Shown one piece after another: positions 1-6,892 of a DNA stretch of 32,000 nt (its first letter is position 1; each line of letters starts with the position of its first letter). The position numbers and the translations under genes are program-made. The notes under the pieces are model-generated. The model made no database searches. It was not told the origin of the DNA and saw nothing but the letters and a program-made list of their open reading frames with translations. The stretch is from Propionibacteriaceae bacterium (GTDB taxonomy: Bacteria > Actinomycetota > Actinomycetes > Propionibacteriales > Propionibacteriaceae): assembly GCA_031256725.1 (NCBI GenBank), contig JAIRQE010000016.1, forward strand, positions 4,099 to 36,098. The letters are read 5' to 3'.

Positions 1-371
1 ATGGAAACCCGATGGGTAGACCTACCTTCTCTCGGCAAAATCCAAGTAAACATCCGCCCTGTACCAGCGTACACATCATGCCCGCAAAGAATCGTGTCCC
101 CAGGGCGGGTGAGGACGCGCACTAGGGTGTCCTCGGCATTTAGCCCTGAGGGAAAGGCGACGGCTCCAGCCCCAGATTCGAGGCTAGCTAAGGCTTCCTG
201 GTAGCGGTCCCTCGTCGGATTTCCTGAGCGGGAGTAGTTGTACCGATCTGGTGCTCCTTCAATACCGTCGAGTTGAAAGGTTGATGCAAGAACAATGGGT
301 GGTACAACGGCCCCGGTGAGGGGATCACTGGCTTGGCCGACTTGCACGGCTCGTGTCGAAAATCCTGGCAT
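1..371 (-). CDS. Cys/Met-metabolism PLP-dependent enzyme (cystathionine gamma-synthase/gamma-lyase-like), N-terminal 123 codons; continues beyond the left edge
   Basis: My own reverse-strand translation from the ATG (complement of 369-371) gives MPGFSTRAVQVGQASDPLTGAVVPPIVLASTFQLDG...YNYSRSGNPTRDRYQEALASLESGAGAVAFPSGLNAEDTLVRVLTRPGDTILCGHDVYAGTGRMF. This matches the conserved N-terminal blocks of MetB/MetC-type enzymes (SRxGNPTR, FxSGxxA, RPGD). It is missing from the ORF track because it has no stop codon inside the window. Confidence 0.8.
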   Translation of the reverse strand, partial: MPGFSTRAVQVGQASDPLTGAVVPPIVLASTFQLDGIEGAPDRYNYSRSGNPTRDRYQEALASLESGAGAVAFPSGLNAEDTLVRVLTRPGDTILCGHDVYAGTGRMFTWILPREGRSTHRVS

Positions 372-434
372 GAATCTCTTTCGTGTTCGGTGGGCGCACA
401 GATACGCCTAAAAGGTGTGGGGAGGGGTGTACAC

Positions 435-480
435 GCGCAGGCCAGCAGATGGCAGAGATGCTTTGGTTAGCGGCCCGCGC
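435..480 (-). promoter_or_regulatory. Leader-RNA stem in the 5' UTR of the cystathionine-enzyme gene
   Basis: The arms at 472-480 and 435-443 form 9 contiguous pairs on the minus-strand transcript: GCGCGGGCC ... GGCCUGCGC, including one G-U pair. On the plus-strand transcript the same position is an A/C mismatch, so the stem is strand-specific. The 5' arm lies inside the last four codons of the minus-strand mini-ORF. Confidence 0.4.
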
Positions 481-541
481 ACAGCATTCGACCACAGCAC
501 ATGGCGGAACACATCGCCATTGGGATCTGGGTCGTACACAT
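467..541 (-). CDS. Candidate leaderless Cys/Met-rich leader peptide (24 aa): MCTTQIPMAMCSAMCCGRMLCAGR
   Basis: My own translation of the reverse strand; the ORF is below the 60-aa cutoff of the ORF track. The peptide has 5 Cys and 5 Met in 24 residues. There is no SD, but a TANNNT-type hexamer (TAGCTT, complement of 549-554) lies 7 nt upstream of the ATG, which is compatible with a leaderless mRNA. The ORF lies about 95 nt upstream of the cystathionine-enzyme start codon. Confidence 0.45.
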   Translation of the reverse strand: MCTTQIPMAMCSAMCCGRMLCAGR

Positions 542-581
542 GGGAAAGAAGCTACAGTTCCTTACCTAAGAAACCTAATTA

Positions 582-598
582 GTCTCAATAATTGAGAC
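582..598. promoter_or_regulatory. Perfect 17-bp palindrome GTCTCAAT-A-ATTGAGAC (candidate operator) in the divergent promoter region
   Basis: The 8-bp arms are exact reverse complements around one central base. The site lies 41-57 bp upstream of the minus-strand mini-ORF ATG and 83-99 bp upstream of the plus-strand mini-ORF ATG. Confidence 0.35.
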
Positions 599-680
599 AA
601 ATAGACTTTTTTGGTGAACTATGAGTAATGTAATGCCCCAGCTGGGAAAGCCAGTTGTTTCGCAATAGCTAGGAGGAGTC

Positions 681-728
681 ATGGCCACAACCATGGTGAA
701 CACCTTCTGCTGTTGTATGTGTATGTGA
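681..728 (+). CDS. Candidate Cys/Met-rich leader peptide (15 aa): MATTMVNTFCCCMCM
   Basis: A strong SD (AGGAGG, 671-676) is followed by a 4-nt spacer and the ATG at 681. The codons are ATG GCC ACA ACC ATG GTG AAC ACC TTC TGC TGT TGT ATG TGT ATG TGA. The peptide has 4 Cys and 4 Met in 15 residues. Its stop lies 145 nt upstream of the URO-D-like gene. Confidence 0.5.
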   Translation: MATTMVNTFCCCMCM

Positions 729-873
729 CGCGCTAGCTATTCAGAGCTAGGGGATGGTCCGATTCTGGGCTGTCTTGGTGAATGAGCCCGCGTCATTTTC
801 TGTTGTCATCCAACACATCCTCCCCGTTATTCTCGGGGAAAATATCACAATCATACAACAATAGGAGTTTATT

Positions 874-1896
874 ATGTCCACACGTCTGGAAACCTTCCAG
901 AACATCATCAACGGCCAAGGCGAAGGGTACCTCACCGCTGCCTGGAAGCATTTCGTTGGCGAGGAGTACGACCGTGCCCGCTTCGTCAAAGCACATGTCG
1001 ACTTCGTCCAGCAATGGGATTGGGACTGGGTCAAGATCAACCCACGAGCCAATTATTATGCAGAAACATGGGGTGCAAGTTACGACCCCACCAACTATGA
1101 CATCATGGTCCCAACCCTCGTTGAGGCTGCGATCACGAAGCCAAGCGATCTGTCCAAGATCGTCCCACTCAAGGCTCAGGACAACCCGATTCTTCGTGAA
1201 GAAATCGCCAGAGCCCGAGAAATCAAGCAGGCTTTCCCCGATCGTGCAGTGATCCAATCGGTCTTCTCGCCACTGGGTGTACTGCTCTTCTTGGCAGACA
1301 TCCATCCCTTCCCGCCAGGTCCAGGTAGGGAAGCCAACGGCCCAGTCTCACTGACAGACCTGTTGGACACTGATCGAGCATTGACCCTCAAGGCTCTCGA
1401 AGCCATCACCGAGACCCTCAAGGACTATGTCATCGAACTATTGAAGCCAGTCGAAGAAGGTGGAGCCGGTCTCGACGGGATCTTCTATGCCGTCCTCGGA
1501 TTACCGTCAAAGAGCTTCATCCCCAAGGACAAGTTCGACCAGTTGTCCACCCCATTCGACTTGGGTGTCCTTGAAGCCGCCAAGGGTTCAGCTGTGGTCT
1601 TCCACACATGTTCAATGGACTCTCATCCTGATTGGTTCACTCAGTGGCCATTGAGTGCATTGCAATGGGATCAATTCCTTGACGGAAACCCCGATATTAC
1701 AACCGATCTGGGTGTGATCCCGGTGGGTGGACCCGAGGCTCGCCTGTTTGAAGAAGGGCAAGACCTTGACCTTCTCCAAGAGCAGTTGGCCCGTACCCTC
1801 GAACAGCGTCAGGGCAAGCCGTTCCTGCTCGCTTCAAGCTGCTCTTTGCCGCTGCATACATCCGATGAAGCCCTCGAGATCCTCAGCAAAGCCTGA
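874..1896 (+). CDS. Uroporphyrinogen-decarboxylase (URO-D) fold family protein with an MT2/MtaA-like HxC...C zinc-thiolate motif (putative thiol methyltransferase)
   Basis: This is a 340-aa ORF with an SD-like GGAG at 864-867, 6 nt before the ATG. The N-terminal pattern (HF..EEYD.A.F.KAH.DF...WDWD..KIN) is typical of non-HemE URO-D family members. It carries H244-T-C246 (VVFHTCS) and C323 (LASSCSL). The functional call is an inference. Confidence 0.6.
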   Translation: MSTRLETFQNIINGQGEGYLTAAWKHFVGEEYDRARFVKAHVDFVQQWDWDWVKINPRANYYAETWGASYDPTNYDIMVPTLVEAAITKPSDLSKIVPLKAQDNPILREEIARAREIKQAFPDRAVIQSVFSPLGVLLFLADIHPFPPGPGREANGPVSLTDLLDTDRALTLKALEAITETLKDYVIELLKPVEEGGAGLDGIFYAVLGLPSKSFIPKDKFDQLSTPFDLGVLEAAKGSAVVFHTCSMDSHPDWFTQWPLSALQWDQFLDGNPDITTDLGVIPVGGPEARLFEEGQDLDLLQEQLARTLEQRQGKPFLLASSCSLPLHTSDEALEILSKA

Positions 1897-1916
1897 AACA
1901 CAGAAAAGAGAAGAAA

Positions 1917-3068
1917 ATGAAAAAGAAAACACTCGCATCCCTTGTTATAGGTTTGGCCTTTGCTCTGAGCGCCTGCGCAGGACAGGGCGATCAGACGCAG
2001 ACAACTGACCAGGCCCAAGACTCTCCAGTGACCTTTGGGGTGATCTATCCTAAGACTGGTTCCTATGCAGAATATGGCCGTCTGTTCGAACAGGGTCTAG
2101 AACTCGCAGTGGAGAAGGTGAACACTGATGGTGGAATCCATGGTCGCGACCTGAAACTGAAGTACTTTGATACTCAGTCCGATCCGAAGCAAGCAGCAGC
2201 GGTCGCGCCCAAACTCGTTGTTGATCCAGAGATTATCGTCGTCCTTGGTGACTATTCTTCTTCCTCATCGAAGGCGGCCTCACCAGCATTCCAGCAGGCG
2301 GGTTTGGTTCACTACGGATTCAACAACTCGGCCACAGACTTCCCGTCAACTGGTGACCATGTGTGGTCCCCGAGTTTTGGTACAGACTCCCTGATGCCAG
2401 TATGGGCAGACGCTATCGCTGATACTGGCGCGAAGACAGTTTCGGTGATCTATATCGAAAATGACTGGGGTTTGCAGGCCTACGATTATTTCGCAGACCA
2501 CATCAAGACTCTTGGAGTCGAGATCGTCTACACCTCAGCCTACCCTGCGACACCAACTGATGATTATTCACCCATCCTCATCAAGGCTCGCGATGCCAAG
2601 GCGGATGCGATCGTACAGATTGGTTATGCCGAAGGTGCTCAGATTGTCAACACCCTTCGTGACACTCTCGGCTATAAAGGTCCCTTCTATGGTGGTCAGA
2701 GGACTCCAGAGTTCTTGGATATCGCAGGCAAGAATGCTGAAGGATCGATCCTGAATGGACACTTCTCGAACGAAACAACTGTGCCTAGGGTTCAGGAGTT
2801 CTTGGCTGACTTCCGTGCAGCTTATGGAGTGGATCCGGGTGACTTCAATCTTTCTGCTTACCAGGCGGTGATTGACCTTGCCTATGGGATCAATAAGACT
2901 TCTCCCACTCGTGAGGGAGTGCAAGAAGCCCTACAAACAGTGACCGATTTTCCTGCCTATATTGGTCAGGCCGACACCTTCGCTTTCGATCAGGAAACCC
3001 GTCGACTCCTTGATCCGAAGCCCGGGCTTGTCATCGTTGAAGATGGCGAATTCAAACCATACAACTGA
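1917..3068 (+). CDS. ABC transporter substrate-binding lipoprotein, type I PBP (LivK/branched-chain amino acid binding family)
   Basis: The N-terminus has a signal peptide with a lipobox (LAFALSAC). Family-typical blocks are present: FGVIYPKTGSYAEYG, KLKYFDTQSDP and VVLGDYSSS. Confidence 0.9.
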   Translation: MKKKTLASLVIGLAFALSACAGQGDQTQTTDQAQDSPVTFGVIYPKTGSYAEYGRLFEQGLELAVEKVNTDGGIHGRDLKLKYFDTQSDPKQAAAVAPKLVVDPEIIVVLGDYSSSSSKAASPAFQQAGLVHYGFNNSATDFPSTGDHVWSPSFGTDSLMPVWADAIADTGAKTVSVIYIENDWGLQAYDYFADHIKTLGVEIVYTSAYPATPTDDYSPILIKARDAKADAIVQIGYAEGAQIVNTLRDTLGYKGPFYGGQRTPEFLDIAGKNAEGSILNGHFSNETTVPRVQEFLADFRAAYGVDPGDFNLSAYQAVIDLAYGINKTSPTREGVQEALQTVTDFPAYIGQADTFAFDQETRRLLDPKPGLVIVEDGEFKPYN

Positions 3069-3075
3069 TGATCGT

Positions 3076-3103
3076 GTGGAGGGCCTCACAGGGGGCCCTC
3101 CAC
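3076..3103 (+). promoter_or_regulatory. Intercistronic GC-rich hairpin between the SBP and permease genes
   Basis: GTGGAGGGCC (3076-3085) and GGCCCTCCAC (3094-3103) form a perfect 10-bp stem with an 8-nt loop. It starts 8 nt after the SBP stop codon, and no U-tract follows. Confidence 0.6.
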
Positions 3104-3170
3104 GCTCCGTCAAGTCATCCCGCGTACTGCAATTGCATGCAGGACAGGATCCAGACCGAAAGACCACACC

Positions 3171-5027
3171 ATGATTGACACACTTATTGCCGGACTCCTT
3201 CACGGAAACATCTACGCTCTCATCGCCGTGGGGATGTCCCTGATTTTCGGCGTGACACACGTCGCCAACTTTGCTCATGGGTCCATCTTCGCCATTGGTA
3301 CCATGCTGGGTTGGTTCCTGGGAGCCCAATTGGGATGGGGGATCATCCCAACTCTTGCAGCTGTCATCGTCATCACATCACTGCTTGGCTGGATCATTTC
3401 TGTACTCGTCGTAGGCCCCCTCGCACAGGGTCCACCGATCGCTGCCCTTCTAGCCACGATAGCTGTGGCGATGATCCTCGACGCACTCTCCCAGGTGATT
3501 TTCACTCCCGTGACACGCAAATTCCCCGAATTGCTTCCCACTCACAATCTTCAACTCGGTGGAGTCCACTTTGGTACTTCCTCTGTCGTCATGCTCATCG
3601 TCACAATAGTCTCCATGGCTGCCCTGTGGGCCTTCCTTCGTTTCGGGAAGCTAGGTCAGGCTATTCGTGCAACGGCCCAAGACTCGGATTCGGCCAAGCA
3701 GGTCGGGATTCCGGTCGAAAGGATTCGCCACCTCTCCTTCATCATCGCTTCCGGCCTTGGGGGTATGGCTGGGATCTTCATGGGATTGTTCAACTCAACG
3801 ATCAATCCTTCCACTGGTGCCATCGCTGGCCTGACCGCATTCGTGGCAGCAACAATTGGTGGATTGGGATCCATGCCCGGTGCTGTCCTTGGTGGGCTCC
3901 TTCTTGGAGTAACGGAAGCCTTTGGTGTGTACTTCCTAGGCGGCTCCTATCGTGACATCATCATCTTTGGTGCTCTGGTTCTCATCCTCCTTCTGCGTCC
4001 AGCCGGGTTGGTTGGCAAGAAACTGGCAATTGAAACAGAGCCTATGACTCGTACCTTCCTTGGAGGTACACGCCCAATCCAGTTGCCATGGTTCGGCAAC
4101 CTGGCTCTCATCGCTGGCCTAGCATTCATCCCGATCCTCTTTGGCCCTCAAATGGGCTCAGTTATCGCTGGTGTTGGTACCCAGGTTTTCGCGTACGCCA
4201 TCGCAGCAATCGGGTTAACCATCATTGCTGGAGGTACAGGCCAGATTATTCTCGGCCAAGCTGGTGCAGTGGCTATGGGCGCCTATGGTTCAGCACTCCT
4301 ATCGGTTCACTATGGGTGGCCCTTCCTTGTCACCATCATTGCTGGGGCACTGATCGCTGCTGTGATCTGTTCGATTTTGATCTTCCCAGCATGGAAACTT
4401 TCAGGTCATTACGTGGCTATTGCCACGATTGGTGTGGGTTTCATCACAGTGGCCTTACTCAAGGTTTTAGAGCCCATCACCCGTGGTGTCAACGGAGTCT
4501 ATGGGATTCCTTATCCGGCAATCTTCGGTCTGCAGATCACCGATATTCGGGGGATCTACTGGGTGAATCTGGTTCTGATGGGGATTACCCTATTGCTCGT
4601 CACAAAGATCATGGCCTCCCATCTCGGGAAGACTATTTCATCGATTGGTGCCGATCCGGTTGCGGCTGCATCCTTGGGTATCCGTGTCACTGGGTACAAG
4701 GGGTTGGCTTATGCCATCTCCGCATTCTTTGCAGGTCTTGCGGGGGCTCTGCTAGCCCATCAGTACACCTACATTGAGCCAGGTCAGTTCGATTTGAATA
4801 TGTCAACAGTACTTCTGGCGATCATCGTGTTGGGTGGATTGCGTTCACCATTGGGTGCTGTCCTGGGGGCGATCATACTTCTGGGGGTACCAGAATTACT
4901 GAGAACCATCTTTGAAGACATCACCTGGTTTGTCTCCATCTTCCCCCATGCGCGCATCATCGTCTATGGACTGACCCTTATCCTCATCATCCGCTTCCGC
5001 CCGCAGGGCCTCTTCCAAAGGAGCTAG
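3171..5027 (+). CDS. Fused LivH-LivM type ABC permease (branched-chain amino acid transporter family)
   Basis: The product is 618 aa. The N-terminal half is LivH-like (GLLHGNIYALIAVGMSLIFGV..ANFAHGS). The C-terminal half is LivM-like (AGGTGQIILGQAGAVAMGAYG). It is highly hydrophobic throughout. Confidence 0.9.
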   Translation: MIDTLIAGLLHGNIYALIAVGMSLIFGVTHVANFAHGSIFAIGTMLGWFLGAQLGWGIIPTLAAVIVITSLLGWIISVLVVGPLAQGPPIAALLATIAVAMILDALSQVIFTPVTRKFPELLPTHNLQLGGVHFGTSSVVMLIVTIVSMAALWAFLRFGKLGQAIRATAQDSDSAKQVGIPVERIRHLSFIIASGLGGMAGIFMGLFNSTINPSTGAIAGLTAFVAATIGGLGSMPGAVLGGLLLGVTEAFGVYFLGGSYRDIIIFGALVLILLLRPAGLVGKKLAIETEPMTRTFLGGTRPIQLPWFGNLALIAGLAFIPILFGPQMGSVIAGVGTQVFAYAIAAIGLTIIAGGTGQIILGQAGAVAMGAYGSALLSVHYGWPFLVTIIAGALIAAVICSILIFPAWKLSGHYVAIATIGVGFITVALLKVLEPITRGVNGVYGIPYPAIFGLQITDIRGIYWVNLVLMGITLLLVTKIMASHLGKTISSIGADPVAAASLGIRVTGYKGLAYAISAFFAGLAGALLAHQYTYIEPGQFDLNMSTVLLAIIVLGGLRSPLGAVLGAIILLGVPELLRTIFEDITWFVSIFPHARIIVYGLTLILIIRFRPQGLFQRS

Positions 5028-5029
5028 TC

Positions 5030-6646
5030 ATGACCATGAACCAATACGAAGTATCTGCTCTGACAGTCACCCAACTCAGCAAGAGTTTCGGGTCCCTGAA
5101 AGCTGTTGACGACGTTTCTTTTGTGATCCAACCCGGTGAGGTGGTCTCCATCATCGGTCCTAATGGATCAGGGAAAACCACTCTCATCAACCTCATCTCA
5201 GGGCTTCTGCAACCCGATTCGGGAGCCATTGTCTTTGCAGGTCAGGATCTCACACGAGCCAATCAGGTGGGTGTGTGTGAAGCGGGCATAGGTCGTACCT
5301 TCCAAAATGGACGAGTCTTTGCAAGCATGACTGTCGATGACAACGTCGAACTTGGGCTACACAGCAAGCTGACAGCGAACCGTCCGGGTAAAAGGTTCTC
5401 CAGATTCCCTGTAGGTAACTGGGTCAACCTTCTCGCCGAGGCGGCTGTGTCCTTGATTCCCTCACCTCAAGCGAAGAAGGAGTTGGCCAAAGCTCAGGGC
5501 AAGATTGACGAGCAAATTGCCCGATTCAAGACTCGTCTCGAACCTCGACGCAACCACCTTGCGTATACACTCTCCTATGCGAACAGGCGACGTACGGAAA
5601 TTGCGCGAGCCCTCGTCGCCCAGCCCAAGCTTCTCCTTCTTGATGAGCCCACCGCTGGGATGAATCAGGCCGAAACCAAGGAGGTGTTACGCCAGCTTCT
5701 CGAACTGAAGCAAGAAGGACAGTCCATGCTCCTGGTTGAGCATAAGATCGATTTGGTGTTGACCCTCTCCGATCGGGTGATCGTCATGGACTCTGGCAAG
5801 AAGATCGCTGAAGGCAAGCCCGATAGCTTGCATGAAAATCCGGTCGTCATGGAAGCCTACCTGGGTACGCGCCGTGAGGCGATCACTGTACGACCACCGC
5901 GTCCCGCTAGTGATGAACCGCTCCTTGAACTGGACAATGTCAACATCTTTTATGGGCTAGTACAAGCCCTCACCGATGTGTCGCTTACAGTAGGCAAGGG
6001 AGAAATTGTCTCCCTTCTTGGAGGAAATGCTTCAGGAAAGTCGACAACCATGAAGACAATTCTTGGTTTGCTTGAGCCCAAGACTGGCACAGTCACATTC
6101 CAGGGGAATAATCTCACGACCGCGAGTACAGCCGCCCGGGTTCGAGCGGGGATGGCATCTGTACCCGAGGCTCGACGGATCTTCCCAGAGATGACTGTTT
6201 ACGAGAACCTCATGTCGGGGGCCTATACCCGCATGGATCGACAAGGTATTCGTGAGGATCTCGACAGGGTCTTCGAGTATTTCCCCCGCCTGTGGGAGAG
6301 GAAAAACCAGGATGCTGGAACCCTCTCAGGAGGGGAACAGCAGATGCTGGCCTTTGGTCGAGCCCTGATGACGAACCCCGTACTCATCTGCATGGATGAA
6401 CCCACAATGGGTTTGGCCCCCAAACTCGTCGAACAGGTACTAGAGCAGATAGCCCACCTGAGAAATGAACTTGGTGTCTCAGTTCTCATGGTTGAGCAAC
6501 AAGCAGAGTTGGCGCTGTCCATCGCCGACCGTGGCTATGTTCTCAACCAAGGGGAGATCACCCTTCAAGGATCTGCCCAGACACTCCTGGATGATCCCGG
6601 ACTTAAGGAGGCTTACTTTGGTCGCCAACCCGAGTACAACATCTAG
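5030..6646 (+). CDS. Fused LivG-LivF type ABC ATPase (two nucleotide-binding domains)
   Basis: Two Walker A motifs are present (GPNGSGKTT and GGNASGKST), along with two ABC signature/Walker B regions (LSYANRRRTEIARAL..LLLLDEP and LSGGEQQML..LICMDEP). The start lies 2 nt after the permease stop. Confidence 0.9.
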   Translation: MTMNQYEVSALTVTQLSKSFGSLKAVDDVSFVIQPGEVVSIIGPNGSGKTTLINLISGLLQPDSGAIVFAGQDLTRANQVGVCEAGIGRTFQNGRVFASMTVDDNVELGLHSKLTANRPGKRFSRFPVGNWVNLLAEAAVSLIPSPQAKKELAKAQGKIDEQIARFKTRLEPRRNHLAYTLSYANRRRTEIARALVAQPKLLLLDEPTAGMNQAETKEVLRQLLELKQEGQSMLLVEHKIDLVLTLSDRVIVMDSGKKIAEGKPDSLHENPVVMEAYLGTRREAITVRPPRPASDEPLLELDNVNIFYGLVQALTDVSLTVGKGEIVSLLGGNASGKSTTMKTILGLLEPKTGTVTFQGNNLTTASTAARVRAGMASVPEARRIFPEMTVYENLMSGAYTRMDRQGIREDLDRVFEYFPRLWERKNQDAGTLSGGEQQMLAFGRALMTNPVLICMDEPTMGLAPKLVEQVLEQIAHLRNELGVSVLMVEQQAELALSIADRGYVLNQGEITLQGSAQTLLDDPGLKEAYFGRQPEYNI

Positions 6647-6676
6647 GTTTCCTGGGGCCAAGCGGAGTACTGCTAG

Positions 6677-6772
6677 CTTGTCAACGGTGGAATTCGGGTA
6701 CCTGATACCCCAGGTCTCGGAGTTGAGCTTAACGAAGATATGATCGAGAGGTACCGGGTCAACCTGGAATAG
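6677..6772 (+). pseudogene. Remnant of the C-terminus of an enolase-superfamily (mandelate racemase / galactonate dehydratase-like) gene
   Basis: My own translation of the frame ending at TAG 6770-6772 gives LVNGGIRVPDTPGLGVELNEDMIERYRVNLE*. The P-D-x-PGLGVEL-xE motif is the characteristic C-terminal block of this superfamily. The frame is closed by TAG at 6674-6676 and no upstream gene body exists. Confidence 0.45.
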
Positions 6773-6855
6773 ACACAGGTCCAGTGGCGTGCACTGTCAG
6801 ACGAATCACAACGAAAATCAGTCACTTCTCGGAGATGCTAGACTGAGACTTTAAG

Positions 6856-6871
6856 TCGAACATATGTTCGA
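6856..6871 (+). promoter_or_regulatory. LexA (SOS) box TCGAACATATGTTCGA
   Basis: This is a perfect match to the actinobacterial/Gram-positive SOS operator TCGAAC-N4-GTTCGA. It lies 22 nt upstream of the ATG at 6893 and just downstream of a -10-like TAGACT. Confidence 0.8.
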
Positions 6872-6892
6872 TTCTGGTGTTCCGAGGTTGCG

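Noticed and set aside
1-204. 67-aa plus-strand ORF at the left edge
   Set aside because: It lies entirely antisense to a reverse-strand frame that translates into conserved cystathionine gamma-synthase/lyase blocks. The plus-strand product is Arg/Ser/Pro-rich with no recognisable motif, so it is a shadow ORF.
383-595. 70-aa plus-strand ORF in the divergent intergenic region
   Set aside because: It has no SD and a biased Gly/Arg/His composition. It is antisense to the minus-strand leader and Cys/Met mini-ORF, and the region is better explained as regulatory RNA or promoter sequence.
372-600. Possible SAM riboswitch (SAM-I or SAM-IV) in the leader of the cystathionine-enzyme gene
   Set aside because: I looked for hallmark strings such as GAGGGA, GGCAACC-type junctions and GGUGCUAAUUCC on the minus transcript. 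Only a vague CCGCUAACC was found, with no consistent P1-P4 architecture. This cannot be excluded without cmsearch, so it is not called.
793-1305. Long antisense or alternate-frame ORFs inside confident genes (for example 793-1305, 3311-3955, 4088-4777, 13016-13579, 14454-14942, 21374-21892, 24132-24833)
   Set aside because: Each fully overlaps a gene with strong family-specific motifs on the other strand or in another frame. Their products are low-complexity Arg/Pro/Ser/Trp-rich sequences typical of shadow frames in GC-leaning DNA.
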